The notes: generated from the letters alone by a model not told the origin. 64,000 bases of DNA from Bdellovibrionales bacterium (GCA_964230645.1 CAXRHT010000002.1:768001-832000), one strand, 5' to 3'; positions 19,395-28,943 are shown, counted from the first letter of the stretch. Numbers and translations are program-made.

Positions 19395-19923
19395 AACATT
19401 CCTTCAAAACGTCTTCGACAGAGTCAACAGACACAAATGATTTCATAGTTTCAGGATAAAATAAATTGGTCTTCTCGAATTTTTTAAGCATTTCAAAAAA
19501 AGGATCCCAAAAGCCATTCCAATTAAAAAAGACAACTGGCTTATTGATATCCTTATAGACCGTTTTCCATGTGATCACCTCTAGGGCCTCATCGATCGTT
19601 CCAATCCCCCCAGGGAAGATAACAAAAGCCTCTGAGAGTTCCATCATTAGGCGCTTTCGATCAAGCATATCTCTGGTGTAATGAAGCTCGGTAAGCCCTT
19701 TGTGAGCCGCCTCTTGCGGAAAGGTTTTCTCGGGCATTACTCCAAAAGCTTTACCGCCAAGACTCAAAACTTCATCGGCAAAAAAGCCCATCAAACCATC
19801 TGCCCCTCCCCCGTAGACAAAGCTGTCTCCTTTTTCCACCAACATTTTAGAGAAAAGCTTAGCCTGATCAAAAACACTGGGCTCAAGGTCTGATTTCGAA
19901 CTACAAAAAACGCAGATATTCAT
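19381..19923 (-). CDS. LOG family nucleotide phosphoribohydrolase (TIGR00730-like)
   Basis: ICVFCSS, VYGG..GLMG, M.DRK and PGGIGTIDE. Confidence 0.92.
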   Translation of the reverse strand: MNICVFCSSKSDLEPSVFDQAKLFSKMLVEKGDSFVYGGGADGLMGFFADEVLSLGGKAFGVMPEKTFPQEAAHKGLTELHYTRDMLDRKRLMMELSEAFVIFPGGIGTIDEALEVITWKTVYKDINKPVVFFNWNGFWDPFFEMLKKFEKTNLFYPETMKSFVSVDSVEDVLKECYAKR

Positions 19924-21311
19924 TTTTTCAAAGGTCCCGTCATAGATTCTGGTACAACATACTCGTCAAATTGTTTTTCCGTGAGAAAGCCAAGTTCCAC
20001 TGCTGCACTCTTAAGGGTGCTGTTGTTTTCAAAAGCGTGCTTTGCGATTTTCGCCGCATTGTCGTACCCCACATGAGGATTAAGAGCTGTCACAAGCATC
20101 AATGAATTATTGAGGTGGTCTTTTATCTTTTCTTTGTTGGCTTCAATCCCCACAACACAGTTATCAGTAAAACTTACAGACGCATTGGCAAGAAGGCGGA
20201 TAGAATTGAGAACGTTGAACACCATCATGGGTTTAAAAACATTCAACTCAAAATGTCCCGTGCACCCACCCACACTCACAGCCGTATCATTTCCAATCAC
20301 CTGAGCACAAACCATTGTTAGGGCCTCACTCTGGGTAGGATTCACTTTGCCTGGCATAATCGAGCTTCCAGGTTCGTTGGCAGGAAGAGCGAGCTCTCCA
20401 ATTCCGCATCGAGGTCCACTTCCTAGCATACGAATATCATTGCCGATTTTCATTAAACTTACTGCCACTGTTTTTAAAGCACCACTCATCTCCACAAGAG
20501 CATCATGAGCTGCAAGCGCTTCAAATTTATTGGGAGCCGTCTTAAAGGGAAGCCCTGTTTCCTTAGCGATATTAGCTGCGGCTTTCACAGCAAACTCAGG
20601 ATGAGTGTTCAGTCCCGTGCCGACGGCTGTTCCACCGAGGGCTAGAGCATAAACATTTTGCAAAGCCCCTTCCACTCTTTGAATACCAAGACTCACTTGA
20701 TGAATATATCCAGAAAACTCCTGTCCGAGTGTGAGAGGTGTGGCATCCATAAAATGAGTGCGTCCAATTTTTACGATATCTTCAAACTCATTTTGCTTTT
20801 CACTTAAAGCTTTTTCTAATTTTTTTAAAGAGGGCACTAAACTATTCACTATCTGTTCAGCCACTGCGATATGCATAGCCGTTGGAAAGGTGTCATTAGA
20901 GGACTGACCACGATTCACATCATCATTGGGGTGGATGTATTTTTCGGTAAGATCTCCAGATTTTAATTCATTGGCGTAGTTGGCAATAACCTCGTTGGAA
21001 TTCATATTCGTTTGGGTTCCACTTCCCGTTTGCCAAACCACTAAAGGAAAATGCTCGTCTAACTCTCCAGAGATCACTTGATCGGCGGCTTTTTGAATCA
21101 ACTCTGATTTGTCTTTTTCAAGGTTATCTAATTCTGCATTTGTCATAGCCGCACATTTTTTTAGAATCCCGAGGGCTCGGATCATTTCTCTTGGAAAGGT
21201 GTCGTTGCCGATTTTAAAGTTTTGCAGAGAACGCTGGGTTTGGGCGCCCCAATATTTTTCGGCAGGGACTTGGATCTCTCCCATTGAATCTTTTTCCACA
21301 CGATGGCTCAT
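19920..21311 (-). CDS. fumC: Fumarate hydratase class II
   Basis: [32 protein letters not shown] and [15 protein letters not shown]; true start MSHR at 21311 after RBS AAGGAG. Confidence 0.98.
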   Translation of the reverse strand: MSHRVEKDSMGEIQVPAEKYWGAQTQRSLQNFKIGNDTFPREMIRALGILKKCAAMTNAELDNLEKDKSELIQKAADQVISGELDEHFPLVVWQTGSGTQTNMNSNEVIANYANELKSGDLTEKYIHPNDDVNRGQSSNDTFPTAMHIAVAEQIVNSLVPSLKKLEKALSEKQNEFEDIVKIGRTHFMDATPLTLGQEFSGYIHQVSLGIQRVEGALQNVYALALGGTAVGTGLNTHPEFAVKAAANIAKETGLPFKTAPNKFEALAAHDALVEMSGALKTVAVSLMKIGNDIRMLGSGPRCGIGELALPANEPGSSIMPGKVNPTQSEALTMVCAQVIGNDTAVSVGGCTGHFELNVFKPMMVFNVLNSIRLLANASVSFTDNCVVGIEANKEKIKDHLNNSLMLVTALNPHVGYDNAAKIAKHAFENNSTLKSAAVELGFLTEKQFDEYVVPESMTGPLKK

Positions 21312-21333
21312 GGCTTTTCTCCTTGGTTGGGGG

Positions 21334-21517
21334 CTTGTCCTCCGGATGGGCGTGCTGGGGAATTTTTGAGCGCTGGGTGAACAAGCACGCATGTGGCCGC
21401 AAGTCGTCTTCGGATTGCATCATCTGCGATGCTGCAACCCGGATACGCCTTGCACACCGCTTGAGCTTGCCCACCCAGCGCTCAAAAATTCCCCAGCACG
21501 CCCATCCGGAGGCCAAG
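21334..21517 (-). repeat. Long-hairpin dispersed element, copy B (inverted orientation)
   Basis: 48-bp IR (21339-21386 / 21465-21512; 46/48 Watson-Crick, and the other two are G.T on the minus strand) around a 78-nt core (21387-21464) homologous to copies A and C. Confidence 0.93.
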
Positions 21518-21595
21518 GTAATCAGTGTTTCGGATAAGGTTGTAATATAAAGGGGGAGGAAAAGGTATCTTAGCCGGTGTGAGATGCGAGGCTTC

Positions 21596-21626
21596 AAAAA
21601 TAAAAAAGCCCTCTTGTGAGGGCTTT
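21596..21626 (-). terminator. Intrinsic terminator of the OMP gene
   Basis: AAAGCCCTC-TTGT-GAGGGCTTT preceded by an A-tract. Confidence 0.8.
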
Positions 21627-21656
21627 CCTTAATTCCTTTGTTTCTTTAGTTTGTTC

Positions 21657-22196
21657 TTAGAACATGAACCAAAGAGAAACGTAAGGGGCTATGCTGGTGT
21701 TTTTGAGGTCGGTATCTTGTGAGAGACCATTAGTTTCTACTTTATCATACTCGATACTTCTCCAAGTCAGCTGAGGACCAATTGCGAAGAATGAGGAAAG
21801 TGGGAATACCCAACCCACATCCACTTGAGGGCCTTGAGCGCCAGTGAACTTTGGATCGTCTCCTAATTCTCCTGTGATATGGTAGGTGAAAAGTGTGTAA
21901 AATCCGCGCATTGAGTAGTAACCGATCGTGGGTCCCATCATGTTTCCACCGCCATCAGTACAAGTGGCACCGTTACAGTTTTCTTGGCTCATATAAGAGT
22001 AGGTTCCCCCTAGGTAAAGTCCCATAGGCAACACATAACCAAATCGGGCATCAAGGCGAGTTTCTGTACTCTCAGACTCAGAATTGTTTATTTCAGATTT
22101 ATCAGAGTAATAACCAATTCCTGGACTCACAACAAACTGAGCCAGCGCTGGAGTGGCTATAAAAGCAGATATAAGGACTATCACTATCTTTTTCAT
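21657..22196 (-). CDS. Outer-membrane beta-barrel protein
   Basis: Signal peptide ending PALA; amphipathic strands; C-terminal LWFMF. Confidence 0.8.
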   Translation of the reverse strand: MKKIVIVLISAFIATPALAQFVVSPGIGYYSDKSEINNSESESTETRLDARFGYVLPMGLYLGGTYSYMSQENCNGATCTDGGGNMMGPTIGYYSMRGFYTLFTYHITGELGDDPKFTGAQGPQVDVGWVFPLSSFFAIGPQLTWRSIEYDKVETNGLSQDTDLKNTSIAPYVSLWFMF

Positions 22197-22326
22197 ACGA
22201 GCTCCTTTTAAAAGACACCTTATTCTTTTACTGGACTACACACATGTCAATCATAGGCTTGAAAGGGCCATCGAGTAGCGTTATACACAGTGAGTTACAA
22301 CCCAATGGCCCAAAAAGGACACTTAA

Positions 22327-22788
22327 ATGCCCCAATACTGGTTGATGAAATCTGAACCCGACGTCTATTCCTTTGATCAATTGAAAAAAGACAAAACCAC
22401 CTCCTGGGATGGAGTGCGAAACTATCAGGCTCGCAATTTTATGCGTGATGAGATGAAAAAGGGTGACCAAGTCCTCTTTTACCACTCCAATACTAAGCCT
22501 CCAGGTATCGCCGGAGTGGCGGAGGTTTCTAAAGAGAGCTTCCCCGACGCTAGCCAGTATAAAGAGGATGGAGAGTACTTTGATCCTAAAGCGACTAAAG
22601 AAAAACCACGCTGGTTTTGTGTGCAGGTAAAATACAAAAAAACTTTCAAAGATTATGTTTCACTCGATGATTTAAAAAACAGAAAAAGTCTCTCTGATAT
22701 GCTTGTGGTACAAAAGGGCCAAAGGCTTTCCGTACAGCCTGTTTCCAAAAAACACTTCGATACCGTTTGTAAAATGGGTGGGCTGTGA
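22327..22788 (+). CDS. EVE domain protein
   Basis: YWLMKSEP, WDGVRNYQARNFMR, FYHS and QRLSVQPV. Confidence 0.95.
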   Translation: MPQYWLMKSEPDVYSFDQLKKDKTTSWDGVRNYQARNFMRDEMKKGDQVLFYHSNTKPPGIAGVAEVSKESFPDASQYKEDGEYFDPKATKEKPRWFCVQVKYKKTFKDYVSLDDLKNRKSLSDMLVVQKGQRLSVQPVSKKHFDTVCKMGGL

Positions 22789-23756
22789 AAGTTTTGCTCG
22801 CTCCTATGGAAGGAGTGGTGGACCCGGTAATACGTGAGCTTTTTACCGCCATCGGAGGAATTGACTATTGTGTTACAGAATTTGTGCGCGTCACTTCCAC
22901 CCTCTTACCTCCCAAGGTTTTTTACAAATACTGTCCTGAGCTTCACACTCAGTCCCGCACTAAAGCCGGCACTCCTGTTTTTGTACAACTCCTTGGAAGT
23001 GATCTTGTAACTATGGGTGAGAACGCTCAAAGAGCTTGTGAACTGGGAGCCTACGGGATTGATATCAATTTCGGTTGCCCAGCAAAAACGGTTAACCGCC
23101 ATGATGGGGGCGCGGCTTTATTAAAAGACCCGAACCGAGTATTCCAGGTCACTCAATCCGTTCGCAGAGCTGTCCCCAAAGAAATCCCAGTGACCACAAA
23201 AGTGCGCCTCGGTTTTGAGGATAAAGGTTTCACCCGGGAAATTGCTCAAGCGGCCGAGGCTGGTGGCTCCCATTGGCTCACCGTGCACGCACGCACAAAA
23301 AAAGAGGGCTACCGTCCACCTGCGCATTGGGAATATATCCGCGGCATGAAGGAGAGTGTAAAACTTCCCGTCATCGCCAATGGTGACATTTGGACTAAAG
23401 AAGACCATGCCCGCTGTGTGGAAATTTCTGGCTGCTCGGACACTATGCTTGGCCGAGGTCTTATTGCCACTCCTGATCTCGCTTTTCAAATTAAGACGGG
23501 GCAAATCGGAAGGGATTATTTCCAGTGGTCTGAACTTTTAAAAAACTTCATGGACTCAAGTCAGAAATATCGTAACTCTATTTATGCTGTGCAAAGAATG
23601 AAGCAACTTACCAAACTCATGGCTCGGACCTACCCAGCTTCAAAAGATCTTTTTGAAAACATCAAACGTTTGAGAGACTTTGATCTTATCAAAAATCAAG
23701 TCGACTCTTTTTTTCTAAACAAAGAAATTCGTCCTTTAGAAAAGATGACTTCGTAG
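22785..23756 (+). CDS. dusC: tRNA-dihydrouridine synthase (DusC-like)
   Basis: LAPMEGVVD, DINFGCPAKTVNRH, VHARTK..GYRPPAHW and IANGDI. Confidence 0.8.
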   Translation: MKVLLAPMEGVVDPVIRELFTAIGGIDYCVTEFVRVTSTLLPPKVFYKYCPELHTQSRTKAGTPVFVQLLGSDLVTMGENAQRACELGAYGIDINFGCPAKTVNRHDGGAALLKDPNRVFQVTQSVRRAVPKEIPVTTKVRLGFEDKGFTREIAQAAEAGGSHWLTVHARTKKEGYRPPAHWEYIRGMKESVKLPVIANGDIWTKEDHARCVEISGCSDTMLGRGLIATPDLAFQIKTGQIGRDYFQWSELLKNFMDSSQKYRNSIYAVQRMKQLTKLMARTYPASKDLFENIKRLRDFDLIKNQVDSFFLNKEIRPLEKMTS

Positions 23757-24388
23757 TTCCACTGCTCCGCGATCCAGTCTACCGTCTGGTCATTGAGAAA
23801 ACAGACATGGGTGTTGTCAGTGCGATAACCCCATTTTTCAAACTCAGGGAGTTCTTTTCTTTTTTCCGTCATAATCAGTAAAAGTCCACCTGGCTTGACC
23901 AATTGATAAAGCCCCTGCATTTCTCGGCCAGGATTGTAAAAATGCTCGAAAGCCTCAGTACAGGTCACAAAGTCATAACATTTTATAAGAGCTCGGCGGT
24001 CTGGATAGAAATAAGGGTCATAATTTGTGACTGATACTTTAAGGGGGGAGAGCAACTGATCCAGAATGGGCCCTGGGCCACAGCCAAAGTCCAAGCCTTC
24101 CTCCCCGGGCATAATATAAGGACGAAGACTTTCCACCACCGGAGTCAAAAATTTCACATACCCCTTATTTTCAATAGAGTTATTGTGGGTTTCGTAGCGT
24201 TTTTTCTCTGCCTCAGGAGGAAGCAGACTGTCTGGGCTTCGAAAAACAAGCCCACACTGCCCGCATTCTCCATAGGACCATTGACGCCTGGAATCTTCAA
24301 AAAAGGGCTCCGTCTGAGAGCTATAGCAAAGAGTGCATTCCACTAAAAAAGGCTCTACCTGATTCGGTCCGACTTGTCGACACCCCAT
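23696..24388 (-). CDS. Class I SAM-dependent methyltransferase with an N-terminal CxxC...CxxC (start may be GTG 24343)
   Basis: CTLC ... CGQC; LDFGCGPG; YDPYF; EAFEHF; DNTHVCF. Confidence 0.85.
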   Translation of the reverse strand: MGCRQVGPNQVEPFLVECTLCYSSQTEPFFEDSRRQWSYGECGQCGLVFRSPDSLLPPEAEKKRYETHNNSIENKGYVKFLTPVVESLRPYIMPGEEGLDFGCGPGPILDQLLSPLKVSVTNYDPYFYPDRRALIKCYDFVTCTEAFEHFYNPGREMQGLYQLVKPGGLLLIMTEKRKELPEFEKWGYRTDNTHVCFLNDQTVDWIAEQWNYEVIFSKGRISLFRKKEST

Positions 24389-24402
24389 CCTTGCCGTAAA
24401 AA

Positions 24403-24477
24403 GGTACCTGCTTCCCCTTGGTAGCGATTATGCGTCATATTTTGACGCGCAAACAGTACCAAGGGGAAGCAGGTACC
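24403..24477. repeat. REP-doublet-like palindrome
   Basis: Perfect 21-bp IR GGTACCTGCTTCCCCTTGGTA (24403-24423 / 24457-24477) around a 33-nt spacer with an inner GCGTCA-TATTT-TGACGC stem. Confidence 0.9.
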
Positions 24478-24491
24478 CGGACGGAGGATTT

Positions 24492-24743
24492 ATGGCGAAA
24501 GTAGTGGTTTATAGTAAGACGGTATGCCCTTATTGTGTGCGAGCTAAAAAATTACTGGAAGGAAAAGGAGTCGATTTTGAAGAAATCATGGTGGACTCCG
24601 ACCCAGACCTCTTCAACGAACTCAAGCAAAAGTCGGGCATGCTGACTGTCCCCCAAATTTTTATCGATGATCAACTGATTGGTGGATACACCGAACTTGC
24701 CGAACTTGAATCAAAAGGAGAATTGGACAGCAAGCTAAACTGA
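24492..24743 (+). CDS. grxC: Glutaredoxin 3
   Basis: CPYC, TVPQIFI and IGG motifs; RBS GGAGGA. Confidence 0.95.
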   Translation: MAKVVVYSKTVCPYCVRAKKLLEGKGVDFEEIMVDSDPDLFNELKQKSGMLTVPQIFIDDQLIGGYTELAELESKGELDSKLN

Positions 24744-25075
24744 ATAAGTTTAGCTTTTGGTTGGCATAAATATAGAATATTTATAAAGACTCCCTCTTTA
24801 AAACGAAAATAGAGCTTTTCAGCTCCAAATATTTCAGACCTACGAAAAGATTCTTTCTTCTTTTTCCTCAGCAAAAAACCAAAATTTAAAAAAATAAAAT
24901 GTCACACCGTAGTATTTTTGCGTTTTAACACAAACGTTCGCACTAAAAGGTCCTGTTTTCCGTCCAGATTATCAAACTAGAACCCGAACCCGTTCTGTTT
25001 TTTGAAAGGAGGACGCTATTTCTACAAAAAAACCGTAATTTAATAAGTGAACTCGTCAAAACAAGGAGTGCAAAG

Positions 25076-25354
25076 ATGCAAGCGCTACAAAATGATGATT
25101 TAAGTGGGATCCTCGAAATGAATCCCCAAATTTTAGAAGAACTTAAAAGAAGTCCCGAAATGGATGTGAAAGTAGTGAACTTTTCAAGCCGCGAGCATGT
25201 ATTGAGAGTGATGGCTAATACGGAAGCGGATTTTGTGCTCGTGCTTAACGATAATAAGCCTTTAACAACAGTGGCCGAGATCATGGAAGAAATTGGTGAG
25301 GGAGATAAGAATATTCCTGTACTGTTTTTTAACTTTAAAGACTTTTATCAATAA
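25076..25354 (+). CDS. Small acidic protein, possibly a degenerate receiver-like fold
   Basis: RBS AAGGAG; alternating beta/alpha pattern ADFVLV ... NIPVLFF. Confidence 0.6.
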   Translation: MQALQNDDLSGILEMNPQILEELKRSPEMDVKVVNFSSREHVLRVMANTEADFVLVLNDNKPLTTVAEIMEEIGEGDKNIPVLFFNFKDFYQ

Positions 25355-25500
25355 TATTAATTATTTATGGGTGTGTGTTGAAGTTGTCGTTTGAAATTTG
25401 CCCCTCTATGTTGGAGCTGAAGTTGTTGCTGTTTGAATGAGAGTGGAAGTTGGAGTTAGGTGGGCAATAATTGTTATTGCGGATAAGTGTTCAGATACCC

Positions 25501-25536
25501 AGGGCAGTGGAACTATCCCTCCACTGCCCTTTTTTT
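25501..25536 (+). terminator. Intrinsic terminator
   Basis: AGGGCAGTGGA-N8-TCCACTGCCCT followed by a T-run. Confidence 0.85.
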
Positions 25537-25575
25537 ATCAAAATGAGATGAATTAAACAAGACGTATTTGTTTCT

Positions 25576-26463
25576 TCAGAGATTTTCTTTGTAGTAGGAA
25601 GGCAGCCACATTTTTGGCTCCTTTTTGAAAGCCTCGATGGGCTCCATCTTTTTATCACTGATCAGAAATACCCTTTTTCTATTTTTTGTGTTGTACGACC
25701 TGAAATGGCTGTGGTGATACTTCCAAAAAATTTTGTAAAACTCTCCGGACTCCAGAAGCATCTTCATACCTTTTTCAAGCCGCTCGGCGAGCTCTTTTTT
25801 TGCAGGAGATACATGCAGAATTCGAGGCTCATCGAGAACGAAAAGAAACTTTTTCTCGATATGAATATTGTATTTAAAAAATTTGAGGGCCTCCAGCCCA
25901 ATTTCAGAGAGATTTCTCAAAAAGCAGCGAGGAGTTTGGTTGGAAACAAGACCAAAGAGATCCTCGTAGCGCTCAGCCGCCACTGTCTTTAGGCCTTGTT
26001 TCTGAAGAAGGCTTTCATCCGCACTCCCCTTTGGAACCACAAATTCCACTCCCACTCTCTTCATTTCATCCAAGCTTTCAAAGTTTTGAAAGGTGCTCTG
26101 GTGGGCTTTCGCTATCAAACAAATGCGAAGACCATAAAGGCCCCTGGCCACGGGAATATAGATAGGACGCAAACGCTTGATACTTTCCTCTGAGGGTATC
26201 AAAGAGACCACTTGTACGGAATCTCCCTCTTGCGCTTCAGCTATAATATTGGCTTCGTCGATATCAAGACTTGGAGCCACTTGGTAAGACTGAGCTTCAC
26301 TCGTTAACTCTAAGGAGCGCTCAATCAATGTCAGGGTGGAGGAGAAACTAGAGAGTTTTTGCCAAACTAAAATCTTTTCAGGCACACCTGTTTCAGGAGA
26401 GGTCATTGAAAAACTTGGCAAGCTAAACATCAATACTACTAATGAAAATATCATACTTCTCAT
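25576..26463 (-). CDS. Orphan periplasmic substrate-binding-like protein (PBP2 type)
   Basis: Signal peptide; LRPIYIPVARGLYGLRICLI, YEDLFGLV and LAERLEKG..L.ESGEF...F pattern. Confidence 0.7.
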   Translation of the reverse strand: MRSMIFSLVVLMFSLPSFSMTSPETGVPEKILVWQKLSSFSSTLTLIERSLELTSEAQSYQVAPSLDIDEANIIAEAQEGDSVQVVSLIPSEESIKRLRPIYIPVARGLYGLRICLIAKAHQSTFQNFESLDEMKRVGVEFVVPKGSADESLLQKQGLKTVAAERYEDLFGLVSNQTPRCFLRNLSEIGLEALKFFKYNIHIEKKFLFVLDEPRILHVSPAKKELAERLEKGMKMLLESGEFYKIFWKYHHSHFRSYNTKNRKRVFLISDKKMEPIEAFKKEPKMWLPSYYKENL

Positions 26464-26507
26464 AAATCCTTTGATACTCCACTTCTGGAGGTGATACAAA
26501 AACCTTT

Positions 26508-27692
26508 ATGATTGACTCTATGAGACTTCTCTTATCTTTAGTCAGCCTTCTGGTGGGACTAAAGCTAGTGGCTCTATTCTTTTTAAGCTTTGGAAGAAAG
26601 GCTAAAAACCTTTCTCTTTTCCTGCTTGAAGCCCTACTTTTTTTAGAGGTCCTAGAGACCTACCTCATTATAAAAGGGGATATTGTCAACTACCCTGCCT
26701 TTTTCATGCTTCCTAACTTTTTACACTGCCTGATCGGAATTCTCCCCTATTGGTACATCAAAAAAATCTCCCGAGAAAAAAGCACCCAAAAAGATTGGCT
26801 TGTTTTCCTATGGCCAGTGGCTTTCTTTTTTGCCTACCTTCCCCTCTACCTTAGCGACACAATTGTGTTGCTTGATCGATTTTATCTCGGTTTTTTTAAT
26901 AGCTACAATATGACTCTAGAAGCTTTGAGTTTTTCCGTGGCGGTGTTTTTTACCTTTCGAGCGATTCAAATCTCTAATTCTTTGCTTGCAAAAGGCTACA
27001 ATCACTTTTCCAGTTACCAGTTTGAAAAGTTTAAGCTTTTCAATCTACTTCTTCTCACAATGATCATTTTTTATTTTGTCTGCTTCACCCTCCCCCTTCT
27101 GGCTATGGGATCATTTTACCCCATTGATTTTAGCTTTAGCATCAGCCTGGTCTTTTTCCTCTTAAGTGTCGTTCTTGTCGTAGTGGCCCTATCTCGTCTT
27201 CCCGATTTTATTGTTCCTTCCTCTGAGACGAAAGCAAAGAAGGACGAGGAAAAATCCTCCTCCCAAGAAAAAGAAAAAGATCCTGAAGAAAGCAATGGCT
27301 CCGGGAAGAAACAACAAGACGAAGAGGACGAGGAGCCGAAGTTTGAAGAGTATATCCCCAAGCTTCATAGCTATATCCGAACCCATAAGCCCTATCTTAA
27401 TCCCAATTTAAAAATCTCTGATCTGGCGAATGAGTCCAAAATTCCTCAGTATATAATTACCCATGTGATTAACACTCATATGAACAAAAACTTTTTTGAG
27501 TACGTCAATGATCTTCGAGTCGAAGAGTTTACCAAGAAATTAAAAGATCCTGAAAACAGCAGCAAGACCATTATGGAACTAGCCTTGGACTCAGGCTTCA
27601 ACTCAAAATCGAGTTTTAATAGCCACTTTAAAAAGAAGCTTGAAATGACTCCCAACCAATATCGTAAGCAATTAAAAGAGTCCTCACATTAA
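26508..27692 (+). CDS. Membrane-anchored AraC family transcriptional regulator
   Basis: About 7 TM helices, a charged linker, then PYLNPNLKISDLA ... NFFEYVNDLRV ... LALDSGFNSKSSFNSHFKK...TPNQYR. Confidence 0.92.
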   Translation: MIDSMRLLLSLVSLLVGLKLVALFFLSFGRKAKNLSLFLLEALLFLEVLETYLIIKGDIVNYPAFFMLPNFLHCLIGILPYWYIKKISREKSTQKDWLVFLWPVAFFFAYLPLYLSDTIVLLDRFYLGFFNSYNMTLEALSFSVAVFFTFRAIQISNSLLAKGYNHFSSYQFEKFKLFNLLLLTMIIFYFVCFTLPLLAMGSFYPIDFSFSISLVFFLLSVVLVVVALSRLPDFIVPSSETKAKKDEEKSSSQEKEKDPEESNGSGKKQQDEEDEEPKFEEYIPKLHSYIRTHKPYLNPNLKISDLANESKIPQYIITHVINTHMNKNFFEYVNDLRVEEFTKKLKDPENSSKTIMELALDSGFNSKSSFNSHFKKKLEMTPNQYRKQLKESSH

Positions 27693-28943
27693 GGACTGCA
27701 TCTCGGGAATTAACTCAATCAGCTTTTGCTCTCTTAACTGGTCAAACTGCTTATTGTAGGCGACAAATTCTTTTGTGAGCCGGACATCCTCCTGTCCTTC
27801 AATCATTGTCCAGTTACTCAGATGAACTCTGTGCTTGTCTTGATTGATCGAAGCAAAAGGCCCTTGAAAGTAAACCGACTGGTTTTGCTCGATAAAATCA
27901 AAAATCTCTTTTTTGGCTCTCATTCTTATATCTAAAGGCAAAGCTTTGACTCCAAGATAATCGGGGCGATCTAAGAAAATAAGGTGAGGATAAATCGGCA
28001 TTTGCTGTTCAAATTGCAATAGGTAGTCAAAAAGAGGCTTTAATCGCAAAATCGAGAGAGCTTGAAAACAGGTGTGAATTTCTACCCTCAAAGGGTGGGT
28101 TGTTTTAAGTGCAAGAAGTTTTCTCAAATGCTCATCGACCTTGGCCCACTTGGAAGGAAAACGAATATAGTCATTCAGTAACCCATGAGCCTCAACACTA
28201 CAGTGGACCTCTACCTGCTTAAAGTGCTTCCATAGTTCTATCAATTTTTCTGGAAGGACTGTCACATTGGAGTGATAACGTAGGATTATTTTGTGAGACA
28301 GACCAAGCTCGACTGCTTGTTCTAGGATGTAAACCTGTTGTTTGGATAAAAAAGGTTCCCCTCCTGTAAACAACATCTCCTCAAGGGAGGGCAGCATTTC
28401 ATTAACTAATGTTTTGAAACTCTCATCAAGTTTCCATTTCTCTTGGGAGAGTTTGTAACCTTGCTCACTGAATTCGAGACCCAGTTTTTTAAAATCATCG
28501 TAAAGTGAGTGACTAGCCACAGGGTTGCACATGCGACACTTCAGATTGCAGGTATTACTGAGAGAAAAATCGAGGTAGTGAATTTTCGCATCGACACTCC
28601 CATCTTTACCTGTGCCCTCGTAGATATCTGGAATCTTTGCTTCCCACAGCTCTCTATAGATTTGCCTCAAGGACTTTCCACCATTTCTTTCTGTATTAAA
28701 GCAACGCCGACAGGAGGAGGGCTCCTCTCCGTTTAACATCTGAAGTCTTACTTTTTTATAATAGTCTAAGTTAAGGCCCTGCTCGGGTGAGGAAATCTCA
28801 TCGATATAAATACTTTTACCCTCACTGGATTTGATCACACCCGCACCGGAGGTGTTACAGCAAATTCTAAGTGTGCCATCGGTATTAACACTAAAATGCA
28901 TCCACGGGAGAGGGCATTTTTTATCGCCATTTTTCACGGACAA
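27684..28943 (-). CDS. Radical SAM enzyme with an N-terminal twitch/SPASM-like Cys cluster
   Basis: CPLPW...RICC...CRRC then CNLKCRMC, FTGGEPF and DYIRFPSKW; start uncertain (TTG 28943 or GTG 28937). Confidence 0.92.
   Translation of the reverse strand: MSVKNGDKKCPLPWMHFSVNTDGTLRICCNTSGAGVIKSSEGKSIYIDEISSPEQGLNLDYYKKVRLQMLNGEEPSSCRRCFNTERNGGKSLRQIYRELWEAKIPDIYEGTGKDGSVDAKIHYLDFSLSNTCNLKCRMCNPVASHSLYDDFKKLGLEFSEQGYKLSQEKWKLDESFKTLVNEMLPSLEEMLFTGGEPFLSKQQVYILEQAVELGLSHKIILRYHSNVTVLPEKLIELWKHFKQVEVHCSVEAHGLLNDYIRFPSKWAKVDEHLRKLLALKTTHPLRVEIHTCFQALSILRLKPLFDYLLQFEQQMPIYPHLIFLDRPDYLGVKALPLDIRMRAKKEIFDFIEQNQSVYFQGPFASINQDKHRVHLSNWTMIEGQEDVRLTKEFVAYNKQFDQLREQKLIELIPEMQSLM

Noticed and set aside
21312..21392. 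27-aa N-terminal extension of FumC in the ORF track
   Set aside because: It runs into hairpin copy B; the RBS and family N-terminus support the start at 21311
21214..21597. Opposite-strand ORFs sharing peptides ([24 protein letters not shown]), and ORFs 57500-57846
   Set aside because: Artefacts of translating the palindromic elements; no RBS or protein-like features
25076..25354. Small ORF as a RiPP precursor for the radical SAM pair
   Set aside because: It is on the opposite strand, separated by two genes, looks globular, and has no Cys/Trp-rich core or leader motif
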